A stretch of 64,000 bases of DNA, taken from the NCBI RefSeq assembly GCF_009914755.1, contig NC_060932.1; one strand, 5' to 3'. Origin of the DNA: the human T2T-CHM13v2.0 reference genome, Homo sapiens. The position numbers were made by a program, and so were the translations under genes. The notes under the pieces were generated by a model, which saw nothing but the letters and a program-made list of their open reading frames with translations, ran no database searches and was not told where the DNA came from. Within the stretch, counting starts at the first letter, position 1. Each line of letters begins with the position of its first letter. Positions 1-13,936 of this stretch are shown here, piece by piece.

Positions 1-1600
1 AACACCTTTGTTTGACTCCAAAGCCTGTCCTCTTACTTTTCTAGGTAACACCTTTGCACCTTCTGACAGTACGTAGAGTCTAGGCCAAGTCTTAGTCTAA
101 TGACCAGCACCCATTAAGCAAAAGAAATAATGTACATAAACACAGGTGGTGAGTTTGGACCCACCAATGGAAATCACCTTTCAAAGTGTCCTAGAGACTG
201 TAGGTAAAACTCCAGAGTTAGTAATCATAATAATTTGAATAAATTAAAACCCCCACTATTTTCTGATTCCAAGTCACTCTCTTATATATTTGGAGGTCAC
301 TTCTTTTTCTTAGACGATTGGTTATGCTTCTACACATTTACTACCAGCAAGACACAACTTTACTAGTGACGCTGTTAATGGTATCAGCTGCCAAGTTTAT
401 GACAGACTAGATGATGCTCATTCATGCATTTTGCTAATTTGGTTGGAACCTTAATTCTGCAGATAGCATTTTCTCTAAATCACTTGTGTAATTAATTAAA
501 AAATAGAAATTTAGGCCCCTTCAATTAAATATGTTAAGGATTAAAAATATAATTTTGAATTTAAATGCACTTCTCTATTATATGACCTGAATTTGTTTAC
601 AAGTCAGTGAAAAATAATTTTTCTCACGAAGTTTACATTGTTCTATAACCTTTTAATGTGTATTAAATAATGCAAAGGTTTCTGAAATGTGAAACTGGTT
701 TTTTGGTTGTTGAATGAAAAAAAAATTAGAGACACATCTTAAAAGAAACAAACACGTAATTACTTGTGTCCATGCATCAGTTAGAGAAATGTTTCCCTAA
801 ATATAGAGAAATTCCTAGTAATACCGCTTATCTGAAAAATCAATCACTTTTTTAAGTTAAGGAAATATGAGCCAAAAACATGAGAGACGTAAAGTCCTTG
901 GTATTGCATGGGCATTGGGTATCAGTTTTTTTTCCATGCTCCTATCTGAGTCACAGTTCAGGAGGTTGGTCACCTTAGCCGTTTAGTCATTTTGCAAAGA
1001 CACAGGTTGATTTAATTTTAAAAGAATACATTACATGTTTGGTTTAAATTATGTGACTCATATTCATATTTCACGGACCTTAGAGAATTTATACAGGTAC
1101 TTTACAAATTCCAAAGTGAAATCTATTGATTTTTTTAAAGAGCTTAATGGAGGAGAATTTAAAGGCTTATTTCAAAAAGTAAAAATCAAAATTGCTAACT
1201 GATTTTTATGAGGTCAGTGTTATAATTAGATTAGTTTAAGATTAAATCAAAACAATAAGAATGTCATTTAACTACTTCTGCTGATATGTAACCAATAAGG
1301 AATACCACTTTATCTAGACCGAAAGCTTTGGATCAAAGGGAATAGGCACATATCTTGGAGATATAGCCAACAACAAATGGAGATTTGTAAAATTTCACTC
1401 TAATTTTTTAAAATTTCACTTGGACTTTACAATTATGCTGGTAAAACTGTAGTTTAATATTAGAAATAGTTGTCTGTTTATATTTAAATATCTTTTATTG
1501 CAAGATTAAACACAAATAGTGAAAATCACTCAAATAAAATGTATGGGTTAATTACTTAATATAATGAGAACACCACTGATGCCAAGAAATGGTATTTTGA

Positions 1601-1916
1601 GGCTGGGCACAGTGGCTCATGTCTGTAATCCTGGCACTTTGGGAGGCTGAGGTGTGCGGATGACCTGAGGTCGGGAGTTCGAGACCAGCCTGGTCAACAT
1701 GGAGAAACCCTGTCTCTACTAAAAATACCAAAAATTAGCCAGGTGTGATGGCATTGATGGCATGTGCCTGTAATCCCAGCTACTCGGGAGGCTAAGGCAG
1801 GAGAATCAATTGAACCTGGGAAGCGGAGGTTGCAGTGAGATGAGATCTCACGCCACTGCACTCCAGCCTAGGCAACAGAGCAAGACTCTGTCTCCAAATA
1901 AATAAATAAATAAATA
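1601..1916 (+). mobile_element. Alu, AluSp-like, full length, (TAAA)n tail
   Basis: ggctgggcacagtggctcatgtctgtaatcc start; ggtcgggagttcgagacc...catggagaaaccc (Sp diagnostics); small internal duplication tgatggcat x2. Confidence 0.95.
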
Positions 1917-1949
1917 GCACTTTGCCAGACAACTAAGAAAACCCATCAG

Positions 1950-3550
1950 TATTCCAGTCACAACCTCTACTTCCCACTGCAAATAAAAACTATTCTTTTA
2001 CAGAAATAAACTACTTGCATTTAAAAAATAGTTTTATCACCTAAATATGCATTCATTGTCCCCCAAAGTTAACCTTGCCAACTTTAAAAAATCTGGCACA
2101 TCCTTTAAGTTTTTCAGTCTATAGGTGCCTCCTCCATCCCTTGCATTTGCTTTCAGTTTATCTGTTAAAGAATGCAGGACATTTGACCTGTAATATTTTC
2201 CACAGTCTGGCTTTTACTAACATCATATTCTTGGTGCAATTCAACATGCTCCTTCAGTTCTCTATATTTTTCTGAAAATTATCCAGAAATAAGATAAAGC
2301 TCCTCTTTGGTATGACCATTCATTCATTCATTCATGCATGCATTCATTCATAGAAATGGGATCTCACTGTTATTCAGGCTGGAGTGCAAGGGCACAATCA
2401 TAACTCACTGTAACTTTGAACCCTAACTCCTGGGCTCAAGCAATTCTCCCACCTCAGTCTCCCAAGTAGCTGGGACTACAGGTATGTGCCACCACACCTA
2501 GCTGGCGTGGCTATTTAATATCTGATTGTTTCTCATTTTATCATCTTAGCAGCCAGTGATACTAAATACTGATATCTATTTATTTGATGATATTCTATCC
2601 TATCATTTATTTTTTATTTATTAGGTGGAATACTTTTGTTAAGAAATCCTTTCCCTCACTTACTATTTGGTGAGCCAGTAATACAGTTCTGATAGGAAAG
2701 TAGGGTACTTGCTTGATTTGTCCTTTTTATTTATGAGTGTTCAAGACAATGAATCATTTCTCTAATAGCTCCTGAAGATAACCCTTACTTTTGTTAAACG
2801 TATTTGATACATAGCAACACATGACAATTATGATCATTGCTAAGCTCAAATTGTCCCATCTTTGGCTCATGAGAGCTCCTTCAAGTTTGTTTATGAGTCA
2901 TTTTGCAATGCCCCTGGTAGTCTCTGATAGCTTCCTTGCTATTGGGTGGTACAGGATGTGCCAAGCTTACATTGTATATTTCCTGCCCTACACATGGAAT
3001 CAGCCGTGTTTTGAAAATAGCTGATTTTTTTAAAAGTCTTGGCTTATTTTAGTGAGAAGTGATATTTCAAGACAAGTCTGGTCCCCAGGGCTGCTCATTG
3101 CCCCTGAGTTTGTCATTATTTCTATCTCTTTTCAGTGGACAGTTAGTTCTCATCAACACTTTTAATTCAAATTAGAAAATACTAAGACTTTCATTTAACC
3201 TCGTTTCTTGTATCTTTATCTCCTCTTTTTTCCATACCAACAATTCTGGTTCTCAATGAAAAGTGACTCTAGAATTAGAATATCTCATAATAACTCATTT
3301 GTTTTATTCCATATTACATGCATGGTAGTCTCAGAACAAAAATACTGATACATCTAACAATAGGGATACTGAAAACAAATTATTTGCACATGCTTTCACC
3401 ATTCTCTTGCAATTTGTAAGAGTCATATGAAATCCACAATGTCATAGGATATAGCCTCTGCATACTACATTCTCTTCAGCTGCCACGTGGTCTTTGTGCC
3501 GGCAACTGCATGTTAATACCACCAGTTCCCATACCTAGGCATTTTGGCTT
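1950..3550 (-). mobile_element. Old L1 (L1MC/L1MD-like) 3' region, interrupted by an Alu monomer
   Basis: 2840-3140 resembles the antisense L1MC 3' UTR (cttacattgtatatttcctgccctacacatggaatcagcc) and is homologous to 19400-19740. Boundaries approximate. Confidence 0.6.
2318..2503 (-). mobile_element. Alu monomer (FAM/FRAM-like) with (ATTC)n-derived tail
   Basis: caggctggagtgca...tcctgggctcaagcaattctcccacctcagtctcccaagtagctgggactacagg; single arm only. Confidence 0.85.
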
Positions 3551-3599
3551 TCTAGAGTTTTCTCTACTAGATCACTGGGTTCACACTTTTTTTTTTTTA

Positions 3600-4100
3600 G
3601 TATCTTAAGTATATTACTTCATTCTTCTTCTAGCATAAAGCACTGCTATAAAAGTCTGATGGTAATATAAATATTTTCTCTTTAAAAATCGTGTGGTCTT
3701 TTTTGTCTAGATCCTTAAAAGACATTTTTCTTATTTAAAAAATACAATCAATTTGCTAGAATATATCATGTGGTAGTCATTTTGATTCATTATTGTCAGG
3801 CATGCAGTGCAATGTGTAATTTCTTTTTTTTTAATTTCAGGAAAGTTTTCTTGAATTAGAACTTTTTGCATAATTCTTTTCCCTTGCTTTTTGTTTTCTT
3901 CCTTAAGATCTGCTATTATCCTTATATTTGATCTCCTCTGCCAATCTTCAATGTTTGTCACTTTCCTAAGATTTTTTCTAAAGAAAAATCTCTTAATTTT
4001 TTTTTATTTTTAAACTTTCCCTCTTTTTCACTTTCTAGTGATTTTAAGGCATTATTTTTGTTTGTTTCTCCTTATGGTTTTTGCTTTTAGTCTATATTTT
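3600..4100 (-). mobile_element. L1 ORF1 remnant
   Basis: ORF 3731-3961(-) contains RRSNIRII...QENFPEI, characteristic of L1 ORF1p; degenerate. Confidence 0.8.
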
Positions 4101-4433
4101 ATTATTTTTTTTAAAAGGCCATTTTGAATCTTTTCATATTTTAGTATTACAAAGGTAATACTCATTCATAGCACTAAATTTCCAAAAAATAATAAAAATA
4201 TACTTATTCATGTGTATTTTTCTCAGCTCAAGGTGAAAGTTATAATCAATAATTACTTACAAACTCGAAGTAATCAGCAGTTAATTCAGTGAGTTTATTG
4301 CACATTCAGCAACAATATCTATTCACCAGTTTTAAAAGTGACTTAGCTCTTTTTTCCTACTATTTACAAACTTTATGATTTGTATAGATTCTGTGTACAT
4401 CCAGAGTCAGCTAAGATCTAGAATTTGTTTTCC

Positions 4434-4790
4434 TTCATTTATTTATTTTTCAGACGTTTACTTTTTATCTATATTGCCAGACCCTGTTCCAGGATTTGGA
4501 AAACAAATATTAATTAAAAACAATTTTTGCCCTCTAACAACTCACAGTTAAGTAGAAAAGATGTAGAAAGTAACCAGTGAGCGCGATACGTGCTTTGGTA
4601 AGGATAGGCGTAGTCTCAAGGGAGCACATGAAGATTTGAGTGAGGGGAGCCGGGGATGGCTTTCTGACTTGAAAGACAAGGTAGAAGTACAAGGAAGAAG
4701 TTCCCAAGTAGATGGGGGACAAGAGAGAAATCTGGCAAGTTTGCAGAGCTATACATAGTTTGCCAAGGCAGGAGACAGAAAAACCAGTGA
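4434..4790 (-). mobile_element. L2 remnant
   Basis: ttcatttattt...gccagaccctgttccagg...gccctctaacaactcacagtt: antisense L2 3' end pattern. Confidence 0.55.
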
Positions 4791-7351
4791 TGAGTAGGTC
4801 AATAGAGATACACATATTTACCAAATAATAATACCATACTTTCCAGTTGCCAAAATCTTTCAAGTTTTTAATACTCTTTTTAATTCATTATGTCATATAA
4901 AACACAACCCTCTGGTTCTATTGTCAATACCTCATAGCTAAAGAAACTCAGCTTCAGAAGAAAAGTTGTAACTCTCTAAGATACCATGCCTAATAATTTG
5001 CTGTGTTAACACATTAAAGCATTTTAGAAAGAATGAATGAATACTATTTTTTGTACGTAATAGTGAAATAATATTATTTATTGACATAATCAACAAATAT
5101 TAGGGAACATACATGTTGGCACAATGACTAGTTCAATGGTAAATGGATCTTTCTAGAGTCAATTGACCAATAATGTATGCTTTAGTCTATTTCTAAGTCC
5201 ATGCAATTACAAACAATTAATACTAGCCATTCATTCTTACAGTTACATTCTCTCCTTCTGTCCCTTTTCTTGTCCAACATCCACTGATAAAAGTCACCAC
5301 TCTTCCAAATATGGAGCCCCTTTTTCCTGGCTTTGCCCTCTCACTTTTTCACATGGCAGTGAAGGAAAGAGAAAAATAAAAACGGCTTTATTTTTTTTCA
5401 GCTAATAGTCACTTTTCAGAAAATAGGAAAGAACACTAAAATGTTTTAAGTCATTTAAAATTTAACATTCTTAGTGTTAAATTTTAGTCATTAGTCACAT
5501 AATTGCTCCTTCTCATTTTCATCCTTTTAAGGCAAAGGCATTAACCTCTAAAGGAACTGTTTATCTTAACATAAAAATCTTGGAAAAAATGATACTGCAG
5601 AGTGAATCATAACATTTTATCTTAAAATGCCACTGTGTTTTTGTCCTTAGCAATGCTAAATTTATCAAGTATTTTCTCTACCAGTAAAAGGGGTCATTTC
5701 CAGAGAAATGTGGTCTGCATTGATGCTGTATTTATTTGGAAGATTGTGGGCAAATTTTCAAAAATACTGTAAACAATATGAAAAAGCATTGGAGGTAACT
5801 AAACAGAAATAGCATCTGGCATATATGTAGGTCTGAAAACAAACATAACAATTTATTGGATACATCAATAATTTCAAAGACTTGAGCTTTCTAAAAATTT
5901 TTGAGTTTCTAAACCACTGTACCTAGTTTTTCATTAATTGGGGATAAATCACTGCCTGTTCTTTTGGACATGAATAGTAGTTGCTGCCTATAGAGGTTGT
6001 CGAGTTCAGAAAGCTGAATTTCGATCTCTTCATCAACTATCATAAATGTGGTAACTCTGTGTAATAATGCAGTGAGAAAACACAACATGTAGCCATCATA
6101 TTAGCAGCTGCATTACAGGAAATTATAGTATGAAATTAGGAAGTGATATATGATGTTGATATCTCTGTATCTGAAGATACAGCACACATTTCAGTGCGTG
6201 GTATAATTGGTGCTCTTCATTGCAATGCTTGTGGTTTCACATATTTCCTCTGTTGTGTCTGGGCCCTTACCCCAAATTTTCCTTCTTCCTAATATGAGTC
6301 TTCCTCCTTAAGCAGCTCCTTTATCCGGACTAATGACTAAGATTTCAGGACTAAACAAAAAAATTGTTTTTTTAATTTTTTTGCTCAAGCACTATTCTTT
6401 CCACTTCGTCTCCTTCATCACATGTATGCAGAGGCTACAACAGTTCCCAGCACATGGGAGTGCTCAATACATGTTTGTTTAAAAAAAAATGAAAGACTAG
6501 ATGCCTTTCCTCTGACTTTTTCCCATAGCATCTTGATCTTACGTGTGGCAAATAACTTTTGCTTTGTATTCTAATCACTTGTATATGTTTTTTCAAGGTA
6601 AACTTTTTTATAGTAGTAATTAACTCTTGTTCAGCTCTTTGTCCCAACACCTAACACAGTATATGGCACATGAGAAGTGCTTAATAAATACCTATGGAAA
6701 AAATGATGGGTGAAGTTTTATGGGCCCCTTGGGTTAAAAATGCCCTGGCCATTCATATCGAGCTCCCATTCTTCCATGGGTTCCAAATACCTCAGGTAGT
6801 TCTTAAGAGAATGCTCTGTAGGTTAGAATTATTGTTTAGTTTCCTTTGAAAAAGATGAGAAGAAAAATTATTCTGGTAGAAGTAGGTTTCTCATGGAATT
6901 TTTTAAAAGAAAATTAACATCAGAGGTCTTAGACAGATACTGTTTGTGAATAAATGTACCCTACACACAAGTGCCAGTCTGTTTGCATTTTGTCTAAGGA
7001 TTAATGAAAGATGAATAGAAAATACTTATTGATTGAAACAAGAGAAGCATGGCATAATAAAAATGGCAATGGATTGAGGACAGTGTGGTTCTAGTCCTAC
7101 CTCACTCTCTACGATTTTCCATCTCACTGAGAATGTTTCCTTAACTATAAAATAACCAGGGGACCGACAAGAGCCTTCATCTCTGACAGGCATAGTCCCA
7201 TGCCATACGTTAAGCAGTAATCACATCAGCCTCTTTGTGCCCCTTTCCCTGAGTTTATAATATATTAAATTTTCTAATTTACATTTAAACACTTATCTCA
7301 ACTGCGGTTATATTAAAAACTCACAATAAGTGAAACCACATTTCAGAAAGA

Positions 7352-7605
7352 CCTTTTCTTTCTTTCTTCCTTCTTTCTTTCTTTCCCTCCCTCCCTCCCT
7401 CCCTCTCTTTCTTTCTTTCTTTCTTTTTCTTTCTTTCTTTCTCTCTTTCTCTCCTTCCTTCTTTCCTTCCTTCCTTCTTTCTTTCTTTCCCTCCCTCGCT
7501 CCTTTCTTTCTTTCTTTCTGTCTGTCTTTCTTTTCTTTCTTTCTCTCTTTCTCTCCTTCCTTCCTTCTTTCCTTCCTTCCTTCCTTCCTTCTTTCTTTTT
7601 TTTCT
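7352..7605. repeat. Compound (TTTC)n/(TTCC)n/(CCCT)n polypyrimidine microsatellite
   Basis: ~254 bp almost entirely C/T on the + strand. Confidence 0.97.
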
Positions 7606-7972
7606 AAGACATAATTTCCATGTTTTCTTTCCTTTTCCTCCTTCACATGCTCCTGTCTGCCTCTCCTTGTATCCTCTCCCCCTCTTTGTTTTTCAAGGGA
7701 AATTGCATTATGGCATTTTTTATTCGTTCCCAGGTAATTACCAAAATACTATGTTGCTAGAATGACTTGATATTTAAAATGCCAATTCTTTAAAATTAAG
7801 AAAAGGACATCTGAAACTCATAGGTTTGTGCTTTGAAGGGGATTTTATTTCATTAGCGATCCCAGTGAGAGGGAGGAGGGAATGCTGGCATTTCACTGGT
7901 CTGGTGTTGGAAATGGGGAACCCGAGATAGATGTATTGGATCAAGCCTCTTGACTTGGGCCATCTTTTCTGA

Positions 7973-8384
<412 letters not shown>

Positions 8385-9518
8385 CCTCCGAGAGTCTTTT
8401 GCTTTATGCTCCTCATTCACTGGTGTCACCCATTGCAGTGACTTACAAATGGCAGTTACAACCAAACTCCGGTTGTATGGCCCTTGAAACAAATGGTATT
8501 ATGTAGGTTTCTCCTTTCCTGTGGTGTAGATATGACACTGACACTAAGGAAAGAAGCAAGGCTGTCAAGAAGCTTGCTTTATTTATATTCGATCATTAAG
8601 AAAACCCACGGTCATCACCAGGTCTTAGCAGAAGACTGCAAATGTCCAGACAAACGGGAAAAACCACACACTCCAGCTCCAAGGAAACACATCGCCCTCT
8701 TCAGTGAGCGCCCAGAAACTGCTCTCCAGCATCTCTCACTGTTAACCCTCAAATGTGCAGAGGCCAACCAGGCAAGCCTCCCATGCTGGCTGCTCCAGAA
8801 AGCACATTTGTAACTCTGAGCAATTTGCCACATTGTTCTCTTACTCCTAACCACCCAGGCAAAGGAGAAAGGATGATTAGCACATAAAGGACTGACTGGT
8901 TCTGTCATGAAAGAGCCAAATTGGAACAGCCCATAGCACTCCCAGGTTAGTGTCCGAATGAGGGTAAGATAGTGTGGGAAGTTCACCTCTAAGAAACAGT
9001 TTATCTATGTATAAAAATATGGGTGTGTATATATATATATATATAAAATAAACAAAAAAATAAACAGTTTATCTGAAATAAGTTATCAGCTTTCTCTGTG
9101 TGCTTTGAGTTAAATTCCTCACAGCTTGAGGGATTTATATGAACTTAATTTTTCCCAGTAGTTTATGCTTTAAGCAAATAGAACTACCTTATCTCTTTCA
9201 CTATCTTATCCATTGAAAATCCTACAAGTTTGGAAGCATTTGGAAACATTTAAACTATGGCATATTAATGTTTTGCCAGTGGAAATATGATTTAGGAAGA
9301 AATATTACCACCTTTGTGATTTAACCTGTGATTTCTAAGTTTTGGGGAATACCAGCATTCTATTTCTAGCTCAATTTTTGTTTTGACATGAGCATGCCTC
9401 CTGTTTTCCCCAAGTACTTGCAAGAATACATCACACTTTTTAAAAAAAAACTAAAATGAATTTAATTTTGTATGTTTTAAATTGTTGTATCTCAGTGACA
9501 TAGAAGAGTGTCACCCTG

Positions 9519-9636
9519 GGCCGGGTGTGGTGGCTCACGCCCGTAATTCCGGCACTTTGGGAGGCTAAGGCAGGCAGATTACCTGAAGTCAGGAGTTCGA
9601 GACCACCCTTTCCAACATGATGAAACCCTGTCTCCA

Positions 9637-9687
<51 letters not shown>

Positions 9688-9804
9688 AGCTGGGCGGGGT
9701 GGCACATGTCTGTAATCCCAACTACTCGGGGAGGCTGAGGCAGGAGAATCACTTGAACCTGGGAGGCGGAAGTTGCAGTAAGCCCAGGAAAAAAAAAAAA
9801 AAAA
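9519..9804 (+). mobile_element. AluS with expanded A47 linker and 3'-shortened right arm, inserted in a MIR
   Basis: ggccgggtgtggtggctcacgc start; A run 9639-9685; TSD agaagagtgtca / agaagagtatca; MIR core (ggcctcagtttcccc) at ~9885. Confidence 0.93.
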
Positions 9805-10547
9805 GAAGAGTATCAGACTAGAATCCAGTCCAAGCGATGCTTCTCCTTGCTCCTTGACTTAGGGCACTTCACTCTACCCCTCTTGGCCTCAGTTTCCCCA
9901 AGTATTAAATTGGCGTGAGGTTGTCTTGCCCTCAATGAGATAATATATGTGTTGGTCATGGGAAAGTTAAAAAGATTCTGTAGAAACAAATGTAAGCTTT
10001 TAGCACACTTATTTAATTATGTTTTAAACACATATGGTGTCCTAGGATTTATAATTTCATGATATTTCAGAATTTATTTCCAAATGTCTCTCGTCATAGA
10101 GTATAAAAGCATAACTTATCCAAAGCACCAAGTTGTTTGACAATTTTGACCACCAATGTTTAGATGAGTTTGGGATATATGTTTAATTTGATTTTATAAA
10201 TTTCAACAATTTGAATCTGATTACTAGTGCTCAGTGAAGTGCTAGTAAAGACACAGATGACGGAGAATTTACTAATTACATACTAATAGGTTAAGAAAGA
10301 CTTAATGTAAAGTCTGGATATAAAGGTTAATTATCTGTCCTCTATGTAAAAAATATTTTTAAGTCCATGTTTTAGATCGTCACACAAATTTATAGAATAT
10401 AGAATTTGCGACTTCTTTCCTTAGCCTAATTATGAGACTATATTTATAACATTAACAACAGAAAATGTTACACAATTTGTTTAGCATTCTGTTCCAAGAT
10501 TTAGTTAGTTACTCTAGCTGCTCATTTGTTAACATGAATTAAGATCT

Positions 10548-10890
10548 ATACGAGATCATGTCCTTTGCAGGGACATGGATGGAGCTGGAAGCCATTATCC
10601 TCAGCAAACTAACACAGGAACAGAAAACCAAACACAGCATGTTCTCACTCATAAGTGGGAGCTGAACAATGAGAACACATGGACACAGGGAGGGGAATAA
10701 CACACCCTGGGACCTGCTGTGGTGGTGGAGGGAGGGTAAGCATCAGGATAAATAGCTAATGCATGCAGGGCTTAATACCTAGGTGATGGGTTGATGGGTG
10801 CAGCAAACCACCATGGCACATGTTTACCTATGTAACAAACCTGCACGTCCTGCACATGTATTCCAGAACTTAAAATAAAATAAAATATAT
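10548..10890 (+). mobile_element. L1PA 3' end (L1PA13-like), 5' truncated
   Basis: gagatcatgtcctttgcagggacatggatggagctggaagccattatcctcagcaaactaacacagg...tgtaacaaacctgcacgtcctgcacatgta, A-rich tail. Confidence 0.93.
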
Positions 10891-11114
10891 TTTAAAAATC
10901 CACTTGAAAGCTATATTGTTGTTTTGCAAAAACTCTTTTCTTTTTTTTCAAAGAGTAAGAAGTTGGCAAACTAACAATCCCACAAGTATCAACTGAAAAG
11001 GTGGGAGAATAGCAAATATTTGGTGTTGCTCTCAGATCCCACTCTCCACGATTCTTTCATTCTTTTTCTCTCCTTCTCCTGACCTTTTCAACCTCTCTTC
11101 CTCTTTACTTCTAG

Positions 11115-11165
11115 GGAGAAGCCTCCAGTGGAGTAGGACACTCACTGAAAAACTACATGGAAGAA
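11115..11165 (+). CDS. C8orf34: C8orf34 internal coding exon (fourth from last), 51 nt, GEASSGVGHSLKNYMEE, phase 0/0
   Basis: ~60-nt pyrimidine tract then ttctag|GGA acceptor; GAA|gtgagt donor; open frame that joins in phase with 22148. The peptide matches my recollection of the human C8orf34 C-terminus. Confidence 0.93.
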
Positions 11166-12234
11166 GTGAGTTTTAAGGTTGCTTTATAATGTAGTCTGAA
11201 ATCAGTTTATGATACAGGATGAAGCACTCACTTAGGCTTTCTCCATCTACTTTTAGGGTTTCTAGTCTGTATGTGTTCAATGGTCATGTCCACAAAAACA
11301 GGATAATAAATAATAGGTTAGCAAAACAGGTTTTGGTCCTCATTGGGAGAAAGATACTGTGTATCAGTTCAGTGATCCTGAACATGAAAGTAAAACTGCG
11401 TAAACCTGGTACTAATATATATTTTTATACACAAATATTTGTTGATATTCAAATAAATGAGAATAACATGGTTTACATTGGAGTGTGCACAAAAAAAGAC
11501 ACAACCGCTCTTCCTACTGAAAGAACAATCTATACTAGGTCTGGATCCATTCATGGGACAAATGGTCATCAGGGATTATATTCATACATGCCATTATGCA
11601 AAGGGCTATCCCAACAATTAAATATATAGTAGATTTCACTTGGAAACTTTTTAGACTTCTAGATTTATTATTTTTGGAGATATCCAAGGGTGTTCTGTGC
11701 CATGGAACTTTGGACTGATGGCAAACTATTGCAGAACTCTCAGATAAACCAGTGGGCAGAGCCCATAAAACTTGGCCTGAAGCCAGACCACCGTGGCCAC
11801 TAAATTAGCTGTCTAAATCCACTGCAGGTGGAGGGAACTGGGAAACAGTTTGGTGATGTTAAGAACCGCCTAAAAGAATTTTGTGGTTGCCCAAGCTCTT
11901 GGTTCAGCATTCCCCACTTAACAGTGGATCTGTGGGTGATAGGCCACCTCCACAAGAGGGATAGCTGATGCCTCTTGTAATATGTCCTGTCTAGGTCTAA
12001 CCCCATGTTCCCACCTGGAGAGAACTGAGGTGCTGGGCCAAGACATGGGCTGCCTGCTAATGATAGAACTTAAGAATAAGTCTTCTAATTTTGTAGTTCT
12101 CATCCAAGAAAAATAGGCTTGTTTTCTTCATAATTACTAACGTGCAATGTAAATGTACATGTTGTACACAAGTGTAAATGCTCAATGTGGCAAGAAGGTG
12201 GAGAATTTATGCCTTTTCACGTAAAGTACTTAAA

Positions 12235-12408
12235 GGCTATTGTTCCTCAGGCTGTGGTCTTCTGACTACAACACTGCCATCATCGGGGGCTTGTAAGAAA
12301 TACAAAATCTTGGGGCTCAGCCCAGACCCACATAATCAAAATCAACATCCTAACATGATCTCCATTTGATTTATATGCATCTTAAAAGTGCCAAGATGCT
12401 CTGCCATA
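12235..12408. mobile_element. MER5A-like hAT-Charlie MITE
   Basis: cttgtaagaaatacaaaatcttggggctcagcccagaccc...tgatttatatgcatcttaaaagt. Confidence 0.65.
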
Positions 12409-13594
12409 AAGTGTCTTTTCCAACGTTCTTTCTAGGGAGTAACTGTGTGCATCATGAAAAATCCCAATTTTGTTTAAAAATCTCCAATTTTATATAAAAT
12501 AGGTAAAGAGAAAACCTTTATTTATAAATTTATATCTTGCTTATTCATCTGCTCTCAATAATAATTTTTTGTCTGAAATAAAATATATAAAATCTCTCCA
12601 GTTTATGAGATCCATTACTGACTTTCAGTCTGTATTTTGCAAAACATGTGAACTGCCTTTCTTAGGGGTTTAGTATTACTCAGTACTTTCATTTATTATT
12701 GGCTTATAGTGAGATTTTAGCTCTTTCTTAAGCCAACAGATGACCATTCTTTACAATAAAACTAAGATCTTAATTAGTAAACTATTAACTTATGACTAGT
12801 TGGCTTTTCTCACAGACAATCCATTTATGTATTAGAAAATATATATGTACTTAAACTCTTCTCCATTGAGAACATGTTTAGAATGTGAGCCATAAAATGA
12901 TAGTCTTTTGTCTTTTCTCACTTAGGCTTTTATTTCACTTTTTCTTTTTTCTTCATGTTAGTAGAATTGGTAAACAATAAAAAATAGTATTTATAAATGT
13001 TAGAAGCATTGAGGCTAAAACTGAACTAGCAAACATTTGCTTTTATTTAGTACACAATAAAACTCAAACCATAGTGTTTACATTTTTAATATATTTAACA
13101 TTTCTTACTAAAGTTTGAACAGCTCTTTGCAGATCAAATGCTCTTTTTTTCATCTAGTTTTATAATGAGACAGAATCATAACCACATGCAATTAGACAAT
13201 TTTGTTTAGATCTGAATCAAAACTACAGAGATGATATGGTCTTCTCAAAAGTAAAGCTAAAATGGAGCTTTTATTCAACATCTTCTATTTTTTAATGTAT
13301 TATTTGACTAAGATTTGTGGTTTTGACCAAATAAAAAATGAAATATTTTATAATTGCCTACATTTCTTTGTCCTCAAAATAGCTCTGATAGTTAAATTTT
13401 TAAAAATATTACATGCTTTTTACATCTAAGATACTTGATAACTCAAGGTGGGAATAATTTTACATCACAGAAATCTTAGTTTTTGGATTATATTAACGTT
13501 CATTTAGAAAGAGTATAATTTAAAATAACTTATCAAATTCAATCAGTTCCAAATCTGGATTATCATAATTTTTGTAGCAAATTTAATCCATTTA

Positions 13595-13936
<342 letters not shown>

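Noticed and set aside
3731-3961. 76-aa ORF
   Set aside because: Decayed L1 ORF1p fragment.
7308-7646. K/E/R-rich and F/S/L-rich ORFs on both strands
   Set aside because: Translations of the TTTC/TTCC microsatellite.
11219-11629. 136-aa + strand ORF just after the 51-nt exon
   Set aside because: It is in a different frame from the exon, and read-through from the exon stops within 8 codons (gtg agt ttt aag gtt gct tta taa). No recognisable domain; probably a chance ORF.
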